Shown: positions 10,298 through 18,410 of the stretch, piece after piece
Position numbering within the stretch: the first letter of the stretch is position 1
Layout: every line of letters begins with the position of its first letter
NCBI GenBank assembly: GCA_038245785.1
Contig: JBBRSB010000011.1
Coordinates: forward strand, 32,001 to 96,000
Direction of reading: 5' to 3'
Source: Gloeobacterales cyanobacterium
GTDB lineage: Bacteria > Cyanobacteriota > Cyanobacteriia > Gloeobacterales > PMM-0068
DNA: 64,000 nucleotides
Notes under the pieces: generated by a model
The model's database searches: none
What the model was told of the DNA's origin: nothing
Seen by the model: the letters and a program-made list of their open reading frames with translations, nothing else
Made by a program: the position numbers and the translations under genes

Positions 10298-11095
10298 CTA
10301 TTTTACCGAATTTTTCAGACGCTCCCAGAGAGTTTCTTCTCTCTTATTGGCCAGCCGCCAGAACAAGCACAGGGATATCAATTCCGGTCCGTGGAAGTCA
10401 AGCAGACGGCATTCCGTATTGATGGAGTATTTCTGCCGAGTAGCCCTGTTCAGCCCGTTTACTTCGCAGAAGTCCAGTTTCAAGATGGTCCTCAATTTTA
10501 TGCTCGTTTCTTTTCCGAGATTTTTTTGTATTTGAAACAGTACGATGAGCCCGATGACTGGCAATCCGTAGTCATCTTTCCTCGTCGAGGCACCGAGCCG
10601 GATAATTCCCTACGCTATCGAGCCCTATTGAACAGCGACCAAGTGCAGCGGGTTTACTTGGATGAAATAGACGAAGAAGAAACATCCATAAGCCTCGGAA
10701 TTATCAAGCTAGTTGTTGAACCAGAAACAGTTGCTGTCGAGAGAGTAGGACGCCTGCTGACACAGGTTCAAACTGAGCTGAGTGATACTATTCGAAGGGA
10801 TATGATAGAGCTAATAGAGACGGTAGTTTCCTATAAATTTGCCAGTATGAGCAAGGAGGAGATAGAGGCGATGCTAGTCACTACGGAAAGTGAGTTCAAG
10901 CAATCCAGACTTTACCGAGAGATAAAAGAAGAGGGTCTAGAAGAGGGCAAAGCAGAGGGCGAGCGTGAAGGCAAGCTGAAAACCGTGCCTGAATTTCTCA
11001 AACTGGGCCTTAGCCTGGAACAGATAGCCCAAGCTCTGCATCTATCCATAGAAGAAATTGAGGCCACAGCTACCCCGAATCCTGAAAACTCATGA
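10292..11095 (+). pseudogene. Rpn-family recombination-promoting nuclease/putative transposase (DUF2887), lacking its native start
   Basis: SLFYRIFQ, FRSVEVKQTAFRIDGVF, VYFAEVQFQ, EEGLEEGKAEG; the usual MKTD start is missing and the called TTG at 10214 lies in antisense higB sequence. Confidence 0.75.
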
Positions 11096-11380
11096 AAATA
11101 CCTTCAACCTCACCTACAAAAATTAGGCAAAGCTAAGCTCACGGGCAATGAGATGAATGGGATTATTGAAGCAGTGCATAAGAGTGCACTACACACCTTA
11201 AAAAAGGATATACAGTCGGGTATCCAGCTTCTCGCCGGATTGGGTGTTGAGAGCGACGTACACATGGGCGTTAAGGTGCCGCCAGAACCACACCACCCAC
11301 TGGATCGGGTCTGATCTGATTGATTACTCTACTGGCTAAAATAAGAGCAGGTCAACGCTAAACTAGAATCGTCCCTGCGC

Positions 11381-11758
11381 ATGACTCCTGTGAATAGCTT
11401 TAATTTCTGGCCCCTCTTAGCGGGTTCTTTAGGGATTCCCCTTTACCTATGGTTTAAGTTCACGCTTTCCAATGTGACAAGAGACTGGAACGCTCTGCTC
11501 AAAGACGGGCTGGCCTCAGCGACTGGTTTTTCCTGGTTGGGCCTTTGGCTATTTTTAGGCTATGACAACTGGCTGCATTGGGCTGGTTTAGCTATCTTCG
11601 TCTGGAGTCTAACCTTTTGGCTTTCTACAGGAGTTGCCTGGCAAAGAGTACAGTCCGAAAAAAAAGGGGGGAAACCAGCCGCCCCATTTACAAAATCATC
11701 CGCTCCTGCCAGCCCAAACCCTAATCGCCAACAGCGTCGCGCTCGCCGCAAGAGTTAA
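11381..11758 (+). CDS. Hypothetical membrane protein (about 3 TM) with basic tail
   Basis: Three hydrophobic Trp-rich segments; tail NRQQRRARRKS. Confidence 0.7.
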   Translation: MTPVNSFNFWPLLAGSLGIPLYLWFKFTLSNVTRDWNALLKDGLASATGFSWLGLWLFLGYDNWLHWAGLAIFVWSLTFWLSTGVAWQRVQSEKKGGKPAAPFTKSSAPASPNPNRQQRRARRKS

Positions 11759-12666
11759 CTGTTAAGGGCTTGAAGCACCGTCATAATCTGCCGATAAGAT
11801 TCTAACTGGCCCTGACTTTGAAGGAATTGCGCCGCCTTTTGCAAATCTTCTTTTGCTCCTTGCTTGTCTCCTAGGCCAACGCGGGCTGCCCCTCGATTTT
11901 GATAGGCTTGTTGCAAATTAGGATCGAGTTCCAAGGCTAGATTGGAATCCTCAAGTGCAGCTTTATATTCCTTCAAATGTAGATAGGTAAATCCCCTATT
12001 GATATAGACTAAGGCCATCCTAGGATTTAGTTTCAAAGCTTGATCACAGTCTTTCAAAGCCTCTTGATCCTGTCCCAATTGAGCGTAGACAGCTCCACGA
12101 TTGCTGTAGGCTTGAGGGAGGTTAGGATTGAGCTTGAGGGCATAGCCAAAATCATCAATAGCTTTCTGCCATGCATTTGCGTTCATGTAGGCAAGTCCAC
12201 GGTTTAAATAAGCTAAATCCAAGCTCGAATTGATATTCAGAGCACGACTACAATCTTCAATAGCTCCTTGAGTGTCGCCCAATTTTGTACGAGCAAGCCC
12301 ACGATTACTATAGGCTAAAGCAATACTGGGATTCATTTTTAAGACTTGACTATAATCTTGAATAGCGCCTTGATAATCTGCCGCATTATATTTAGCAAGA
12401 CCTTGATTATAGTATTTTACAACTTCCTGATCAGAGGTGTTAAGTAGATGATTTTTGGCGTTATCTACAGGTAACGCAGGGCTACTATTAGGGGCATATT
12501 TTTGCCTACTTTGATTGAGTTGAATGGCATCTTTACGGGTTAGGGTCCCCGCTTTTACCTGCTCTTCTAACCAGTCAGGCATCTCTTGAGCAGAGGCACT
12601 CAATCCCCCAAGAGCTAAAACTTCACAAAGAATTATAAAAATAGCGAAAGCTTTTATCTTATTCAT
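11755..12666 (-). CDS. Secreted tetratricopeptide repeat protein
   Basis: Signal peptide (..ASAQ) and about 6 TPRs of the AYxNRG..A..D...AL.LNP type. Confidence 0.9.
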   Translation of the reverse strand: MNKIKAFAIFIILCEVLALGGLSASAQEMPDWLEEQVKAGTLTRKDAIQLNQSRQKYAPNSSPALPVDNAKNHLLNTSDQEVVKYYNQGLAKYNAADYQGAIQDYSQVLKMNPSIALAYSNRGLARTKLGDTQGAIEDCSRALNINSSLDLAYLNRGLAYMNANAWQKAIDDFGYALKLNPNLPQAYSNRGAVYAQLGQDQEALKDCDQALKLNPRMALVYINRGFTYLHLKEYKAALEDSNLALELDPNLQQAYQNRGAARVGLGDKQGAKEDLQKAAQFLQSQGQLESYRQIMTVLQALNS

Positions 12667-12828
12667 ACAGCTAAGTATTGTCTGCTATAAGATTTAGATT
12701 TCCCTATTTAGGGTAGGGGTCTAAGAAGTTTTGATGAAGTGCAAAAGCTAATGCTCATACTGCTCAATAAAAAAATCCCTTTAAACACAGTAAGGGATTG
12801 AAATAATAGAAGTGATAAAGGCTAACTA

Positions 12829-13425
12829 CTATTTGGTACTGAAAGGCTGTGCTACGACAGAACCATCTTGCTCTAAAGGTCCGTCTATTTCAAAGTCATA
12901 AACGCCTGGCTTACCTTCATCGATATGGAGCATAGCCCATAACTTCTGTGTCTTAGGAGGTACGATCAGGGTTACTGCTAAGTTGGTATACTCTCCCACT
13001 TTCAGAGGAACTTTTCCCAAAATAGGACCGGGGTGCCCTGCCACATCTCCATGTATGACCAACCATCCTCGCTTCGAGACGAGCACCCGAGAAACCACCA
13101 CTTTATTTTCTATAAGCGCTTGGTCCGTCACTTCTAGGAGAGACGTAGCTTTTTTCTCTGTGGTACTGCCTTTATCTTTGAAGCCGGTTTGGTCGTTAGC
13201 GCTACTCTTCTTCTGAACTTTTTCTATAGAGCTCGGTGATGTTGGTGGAGTCTCTGGAGTACTTAGGGGGGAGGGCTTGGCAATTTCTCCTTTTTCTTCT
13301 TTCTGACCCGTCGGCAGTTCAACAGGCAGTTGACGGGGAAAATTGGGGGAAGATGGAGCGCTGTTTTGAGCAGCTACAGGTAAAGCGATAAGGAACACAA
13401 CGAGAGTGGCTACTATTCTCTTCAT
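12829..13425 (-). CDS. Secreted hypothetical protein with Pro/Ser linker and C-terminal beta domain
   Basis: Signal peptide MKRIVATL..PVAAQ; conserved-looking GWLVIH..GPILG..LWAMLHIDEG. Confidence 0.75.
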   Translation of the reverse strand: MKRIVATLVVFLIALPVAAQNSAPSSPNFPRQLPVELPTGQKEEKGEIAKPSPLSTPETPPTSPSSIEKVQKKSSANDQTGFKDKGSTTEKKATSLLEVTDQALIENKVVVSRVLVSKRGWLVIHGDVAGHPGPILGKVPLKVGEYTNLAVTLIVPPKTQKLWAMLHIDEGKPGVYDFEIDGPLEQDGSVVAQPFSTK

Positions 13426-13531
13426 AAAATTTTTGCCGTGAGAGAGCATTTGGGTTAGAGCAGAAGATACAGGATCGGCTAGGTCCTAGAATTGAGTCAT
13501 AGAAGTAATCTTGTCTATTTAGATAAAAAAT

Positions 13532-13563
13532 AACTGCTTAAGGTTCCCAGTCCCTAAGCAGTT
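13532..13563 (-). terminator. Intrinsic terminator downstream of the Ser-rich gene
   Basis: AACTGCTTA...TAAGCAGTT stem followed by a T-run on the minus strand. Confidence 0.6.
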
Positions 13564-13600
13564 CTGCCAATTATTTAACGCACAGACAAAGTGCCTCTAA

Positions 13601-14116
13601 CTACGAAGAGGGTGCCGCTGGCGCAGGGGGAGCCGTTGGAACTTGACGGGCTCTGTACTGCTTACCAGAGGGTTTCTCTCCATCAGACGCTTCACCCGTG
13701 GTCTGTGTCTTCTCTTCAGGCTTTGTCATCGTTCCTGCGCTGTCAGAGCTAGAGCTGGCAGGCTTATCGGAGGACGTAGATCCAGAAGGACTGGAAGACT
13801 TATCAGAAGAGGTGGTAGACCCAGCTCCAGAAGGACTAGAAGGAGTCGAGGTAACACTTGGATCTGCTGGGGTTGCAGGCTTATCAGAAGACGTAGTCCC
13901 AGAAGAATTGGAAGGACTAGAAGGGCTGGGATTGTAAGGGCTAGAAGAAGGACTGGAAGAGGGGCTAGAAGGACTTACAGGAGCTGTAGTGCCTCCTGAG
14001 CTTGGAGCATCTGCAGGACTAGAGCTGGGCTTTCCATAGGGGTCTTGGGGAAGTGTCTGAGCTGTGGCAGGAAGGGCCATAGCTAACACAGCAAGCAATG
14101 CTAATGCTTTCTTCAT
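13601..14116 (-). CDS. Secreted Ser/Pro/Thr-rich low-complexity protein
   Basis: AAGGAG RBS, signal peptide MKKALALLAVLAMALPATA, TSSDK repeated three times. Confidence 0.8.
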   Translation of the reverse strand: MKKALALLAVLAMALPATAQTLPQDPYGKPSSSPADAPSSGGTTAPVSPSSPSSSPSSSPYNPSPSSPSNSSGTTSSDKPATPADPSVTSTPSSPSGAGSTTSSDKSSSPSGSTSSDKPASSSSDSAGTMTKPEEKTQTTGEASDGEKPSGKQYRARQVPTAPPAPAAPSS

Positions 14117-14307
14117 TAGATTTTCTCCTTGAGTAAGTAGTGGATAGTCACGATAGAGGGCATTTTGCCCAGAGAACTCTCCACGGGGCAGGCGAGTATA
14201 TAGACGTGCCCTCGCAACAGCACTTGCCTTTAGACAGATATGAATCTTCTGGGGTTCCCCAAATTGGTGGTCTAGGCTACCAAATAAGGTTTAGCTTCAG
14301 TGAAGCA

Positions 14308-15150
14308 TCACGTATGCAGGTCTAGGCTTATATCTAACCAGGATGAGCGCGTAATCGGCGCACTGGTAGAAATAAAATCCACCCCGACCTTGCCAACGGC
14401 CCGGATATTTTCGAGGGTGATATTACCTGAAGCCTCTATGGTGACCGTTCCTGCAATCAGTTTCACCGCTTCCTGCATCGCTTCTGTACCCATGTTGTCA
14501 AGCATGATCGTATCCACCTGGGCTTCCAAGGCCGCCTTGACCTGTTCTAAGGATTCACACTCCACTTCAATCGTTACAGGATAAGGAATAACATTACGGA
14601 TCTGGGCCACAGCTTTCTGAATATTGCCAGCTGCCTCGATATGGTTGTCTTTGATCATGACAGCGTCATCTAGACCCATGCGATGGTTGACGGCTCCACC
14701 CACCCGTGAGGCATATTTCTCTAAAATTCTTAGGCCAGGGGTAGTCTTGCGCGTATCGGTCAGTTTGGCCGTGGTTCCTGCCAGCGCTTCGCTATACCGC
14801 CTTGTAGCCGTAGCAATGCCACTAAGACGCTGAACAAGATTCAACGCTACACGTTCAGCCATCAGTATTCCAGCCACAGGACCCTCCACTAAGGCAATCG
14901 GAGTTCCAGAGGAATGGGCAGTTCCCTCTGCAACCATGGGCTGAAGCATAATCGCAGGATCTGTTAGTTGGAAAATGCGGGCAGCAATGGGCAAGCCAGC
15001 AATGACCCCCTGCTCTTTAAGCAGTACCGTCCCCTTCGTAAAAAGATTCGATTCAGAAAAAAGCGCCATCGTGGTCAGGTCTCCTCTCCCCCAATCTTCT
15101 TGAAGCCATTGACGCAGCAGAGGGTCTAAAAGGAGAGGGTGGGGGAGCAT
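14308..15150 (-). CDS. nadC: Nicotinate-nucleotide diphosphorylase (carboxylating)
   Basis: DTRKTTPGLR, NHRMGLDDAVMIKDNH, IEVECE, IMLDNM, EASGNI. Confidence 0.97.
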   Translation of the reverse strand: MLPHPLLLDPLLRQWLQEDWGRGDLTTMALFSESNLFTKGTVLLKEQGVIAGLPIAARIFQLTDPAIMLQPMVAEGTAHSSGTPIALVEGPVAGILMAERVALNLVQRLSGIATATRRYSEALAGTTAKLTDTRKTTPGLRILEKYASRVGGAVNHRMGLDDAVMIKDNHIEAAGNIQKAVAQIRNVIPYPVTIEVECESLEQVKAALEAQVDTIMLDNMGTEAMQEAVKLIAGTVTIEASGNITLENIRAVGKVGVDFISTSAPITRSSWLDISLDLHT

Positions 15151-15216
15151 GGATAGTTATTGTGAGTGGCTTTTGTCAGCCTACCGTGAGTCTGCAAAAA
15201 GAAGAACCCCACGCAC

Positions 15217-15280
15217 TTGTCTTTAGTCTATTAGACTCACTATAATGAGTCTAAGCAACGCAGTTTACCTATACAAGGAG
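15217..15280 (+). promoter_or_regulatory. Sigma70-type promoter whose -10 lies inside an operator-like palindrome, followed by an RBS
   Basis: TTGTCT(15217)-N18-TATAAT(15241); TTAGACTCA-N6-TGAGTCTAA at 15231-15254; AAGGAG at 15275-15280. Confidence 0.6.
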
Positions 15281-15387
15281 ACGGCCATATTTAGTCAGCT
15301 CCATAGAATCAGAAAGAACATCTGACTGATCAAATAGGCTGCTCTTGCTTTGCGGAAGGCAAGAGCGGCTGTGAGACTAGAAGAATA

Positions 15388-15429
15388 CAAAAGGGCACGA
15401 TGGATGGAACCTTGTGCCCTTATTTATTT
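15388..15429. terminator. Probable bidirectional terminator
   Basis: AAGGGCACGA...TTGTGCCCTT stem with A/T-rich flanks on both sides. Confidence 0.55.
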
Positions 15430-15468
15430 CAGCTCTAGCATCGCTCTTACTCTCTAGCGAATCGCGAA

Positions 15469-16689
15469 TCATACATAGACCTCCCGCAAGGAAGTTTCTT
15501 TCAAAGGAAGTTCAACGTTGATTCGACAGCCAGCTCCTGGCTCTGTAGAAAGCTGCAAGTTACCTTTCAAAGCGGCTACCCGTTCTCGCATACTTTGGAG
15601 ACCAAATCCTGTCGGTTTTGAATCCAACTGGAATCCTCTGCCGTTGTCCTTAACAGTGAGGCTTACCTTGTTCGGGCTAGCGCTAAGTTGAATCATTACC
15701 GTAGTTGCGTGAGCGTGTTTGCAAATGTTGGTTAAGGACTCTTGCACAATCCGGTAAAGGACCTTGCCCACCTGGGGTGAGGGCGCTGTATTCAGCGTCA
15801 TCTGGGTAGTAATAGATATACCCGTACCTTGCCGAAAATCTTCTACTAAAGATTCAAGGGCTGCTTCTAGGGGTTCTTCTTCCCTGGTATCCGCCCGTAG
15901 CGCTCCCACCGATTGACGCACTTCCTTGATCGCCAGTTCTCCCAACCGTTGAGCCTGGGTTAAAAATGACCGGGACTGATTAAGGTCGTTATGCCAGAGT
16001 TTGCCCGCTGTTTGCAATTGAATATTGAGCGCAGTCAATGCATGGCCAAGAGAATCATGGATCTCTCGGGCAATACGGTTACGCTCTCGCACGGCAGCGA
16101 GGTCTTCCACCTGCAGGGCGTATTGCTGCAATTGCTCGTTGGTCTCTACTAGTTTTTCTTGTATCTTGCGATCCGTCAGGGATGTTTTCACCAAGCGCAC
16201 CACAAAGAATAGAGCCAAACCGAAGGTCAAGGTTTCGCCCAGTTGGTGCATCCACAGGTTTTGCTGTTTGGTCATGGTCAGCATGAGCGCGTCCATGCCT
16301 TGCAGATACTGTGCCTGATTTTTCACGTACAGAACAAAAGCCAAACTGCCCACGATCCAGGGGCCAAAAGCCTCAAATAAGAAGCAGCTACGGATGACCA
16401 CCAACAGGTACAACGAAGGCATGATATGAAGATAGCCTAACGATGTTCCATAGAAAATCAAGCCAAATTCAACAGCGGTGTACAACACCTTGATCAACAT
16501 GCTGCCACTCGGCAACCGCAAACCCATCACACCGAGGAGGACAAGAATGAGAAAGTGCTGAATGGGCGGATGGTTGGGTTGCGCTAAGGTTTCCATTAAG
16601 GCGAACATGCCGCAACAGGCCAGCATCAACCACTCGGTGTAAAGCAAAAAGGGAAAAGGATTGGGTTGGAGTTTGAACGAGAAATTCAT
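15469..16689 (-). CDS. Membrane sensor histidine kinase, HisKA_3 (NarX/DesK-like)
   Basis: About 5 TM segments; ERNRIAREIHDSLGH H-box, QESLTNICKHA N-box, DNGRGF and GFGLQSMRER G-boxes. Confidence 0.95.
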   Translation of the reverse strand: MNFSFKLQPNPFPFLLYTEWLMLACCGMFALMETLAQPNHPPIQHFLILVLLGVMGLRLPSGSMLIKVLYTAVEFGLIFYGTSLGYLHIMPSLYLLVVIRSCFLFEAFGPWIVGSLAFVLYVKNQAQYLQGMDALMLTMTKQQNLWMHQLGETLTFGLALFFVVRLVKTSLTDRKIQEKLVETNEQLQQYALQVEDLAAVRERNRIAREIHDSLGHALTALNIQLQTAGKLWHNDLNQSRSFLTQAQRLGELAIKEVRQSVGALRADTREEEPLEAALESLVEDFRQGTGISITTQMTLNTAPSPQVGKVLYRIVQESLTNICKHAHATTVMIQLSASPNKVSLTVKDNGRGFQLDSKPTGFGLQSMRERVAALKGNLQLSTEPGAGCRINVELPLKETSLREVYV

Positions 16690-16758
16690 GGCAGTAGAAC
16701 TTTCTTTTATTAATACTCTTCATTTCTCAAATAAGCTGTGCCAGGCTGCACATTTATA

Positions 16759-16797
16759 ACTTTCGTCGAAAAACCAGGGGGCGGACTCAACGAAAGT
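16759..16797. promoter_or_regulatory. Inverted repeat between the kinase gene and the T1SS operon (candidate regulator site)
   Basis: ACTTTCGTCGA-N17-TCAACGAAAGT (1 mismatch); a nearby AAAGTTAG direct repeat. Confidence 0.4.
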
Positions 16798-16952
16798 CGT
16801 AGGAGCTATATCCTTTCAGACAGCAAAAGTTAGAGAAAGTTAGTTATTTCGTTGAGGAAGTCTCAAGACGTTTTTCAGATGTTTATTGCATCTTGCCTCT
16901 CTACGATGAGAGCAACTCACATCTAGAGTAATCATCTAAAGAGAGCACTTCA

Positions 16953-17573
16953 ATGACATTCCCAATTCAAGTAGGCACAGACGGTAACGACACCTTAAAC
17001 GGCACCGCTGGCCCTGATATCCTTGTCGGTCTCAAGGGCAATGATGTCCTAAATGGTGGATATGGCAGAGATATTCTGGCGGGGGGTGAAGGCGTGGATA
17101 CCCTTACGGGTGGTTATGGGAAAGACATCTTCTTCTTTGCTGATAATCCTTTCTCTGGGGGAACCCCAACCCCCGCAGCCAATGGAATTCAAGCCTTGAA
17201 TAAACCCGATATTATCAAGGACTACCAAATCGGAGAAGATAAGTTGGTCTTCAGTCACCAACAGCTTGGCGTTAACCACCTCAATTTCGAAAAAGGCGTT
17301 AGCTCCCAACTAAGTGGTTCTAATAATCTTTTGGTATTGCAAGATGCATTTCCTAATGCCGCTGCCGCTGCTAAGGCGATTGCTGATAACAATGCGCTCA
17401 CAGCAGATGCAGGTCTATTTGTCTATTTCAATACGACATTGGGTATTTCCCGAGTTGTATTCTCCCAAGATTTGGGAGATGGTGGACCGATCAGCGTTCT
17501 TGCCAATTTGGACAATCTAAAAGATCCCGCTGGCCAGGCTAATTTCTCTGCGAAAGACTTCGCACTGGTTTAA
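16953..17573 (+). CDS. Small RTX/hemolysin-type calcium-binding protein (probable T1SS cargo)
   Basis: Nonapeptide repeats GTDGNDTLN, GLKGNDVLN, GGYGRDILA, GGEGVDTLT, GGYGKDIFF; no Sec signal; terminal DFALV. Confidence 0.88.
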   Translation: MTFPIQVGTDGNDTLNGTAGPDILVGLKGNDVLNGGYGRDILAGGEGVDTLTGGYGKDIFFFADNPFSGGTPTPAANGIQALNKPDIIKDYQIGEDKLVFSHQQLGVNHLNFEKGVSSQLSGSNNLLVLQDAFPNAAAAAKAIADNNALTADAGLFVYFNTTLGISRVVFSQDLGDGGPISVLANLDNLKDPAGQANFSAKDFALV

Positions 17574-17576
17574 TAC

Positions 17577-17644
17577 GCCCCCTAAATCCCCCAATACTGG
17601 GGGACTTTGAGTCAGAACCCCCCAGTATTGGGGGGCAGGGGGGC
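17577..17644. repeat. Dispersed REP-like palindromic repeat, copy 1
   Basis: GCCCCCTAAATCCCCCAATACTGGGGGACTTTGAG-TCAGAACCCCCCAGTATTGGGGGGCAGGGGGGC; near-identical to 62493-62561. Confidence 0.85.
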
Positions 17645-17681
17645 TTTCAATTCACCGTTGTGTTTAGAGAGATTACTAAGG

Positions 17682-18410
17682 ATGAATACAACAGTTTTGC
17701 AGTCTGGTGAAGATGTAATTTCATCACCTGAAGTGCTATCCCTTTTGCAGCGGTATCAACTAATACCGCACCTATTGAGAGGAATAGCGATTAACCGGGC
17801 TATTGCTCCTTTCTCTTGCACGGAGACAGAACGAAAAGCGGCCATCGAGCAGTTCTGTGAGCATCATCAACTTACTGATCTCACAATTTTTAATACCTGG
17901 CTTAGAAGGCATCAGTTAACTAAGGCGGGGATGGAGGAACTGGCTATACGTCATGTTCTGATTGAAAAGTTTAAGTGGGCAACCTGGGGCAACAAACTAG
18001 AGTCCTACTTCTTGAAACGCAAGGCAGACCTGGACCAGGTAGTGTATTCTCTGATTCGCACCCAAGACGGGGAACTCGCCCATGAACTTTATTTTCGCCT
18101 GCGTGAGGGTGAACAATCCTTTGCTCAATTAGTGCCGCGATACTCTCAAGGCCCGGAAATTCATACGGGTGGGCTGTTAGGACCGCTCCCCCTGAGTCAA
18201 CCTCACCCAAGCATTCGTAATCTCCTCTCCGTCAGCCAACCAGGCCAACTCTGGCCCCCCTGTGTTGTTGCCGATTGGTTTGTGATTATGCGTCTGGAAA
18301 AATTGTTGCCTGCCCAGTTTGATGCCTCCATGCAGCAACACCTGCTGAATGAACTATTTGAGACCTGGGTTCAAGAACAGGTTCAATCACTTGGGGAGAT
18401 GGTGGCATGA
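17682..18410 (+). CDS. PpiC/parvulin-type peptidylprolyl isomerase associated with T1SS
   Basis: LDQVVYSLIR..ELYFRL.EGEQSF..L..YSQGPE..GGLLGP; ATG at 17682 lies outside the repeat. Confidence 0.9.
   Translation: MNTTVLQSGEDVISSPEVLSLLQRYQLIPHLLRGIAINRAIAPFSCTETERKAAIEQFCEHHQLTDLTIFNTWLRRHQLTKAGMEELAIRHVLIEKFKWATWGNKLESYFLKRKADLDQVVYSLIRTQDGELAHELYFRLREGEQSFAQLVPRYSQGPEIHTGGLLGPLPLSQPHPSIRNLLSVSQPGQLWPPCVVADWFVIMRLEKLLPAQFDASMQQHLLNELFETWVQEQVQSLGEMVA

Noticed and set aside
11096..11320. Open frames after the Rpn stop (plus: ...MNGIIEAVHKSAL...; minus: DPIQWVVWFWRHLNAH...)
   Set aside because: No recognisable family, start or RBS; may be debris but cannot be supported without a search
13800..13990. 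Short tandem GGACTAGAAG/GGGCTAGAAG-like repeats
   Set aside because: Explained by Ser-Pro-Ser codons of the secreted protein; not a CRISPR or non-coding array
17607..17681. N-terminal extension of the PPIase ORF
   Set aside because: It starts within the REP-like repeat; ATG 17682 is the more plausible start
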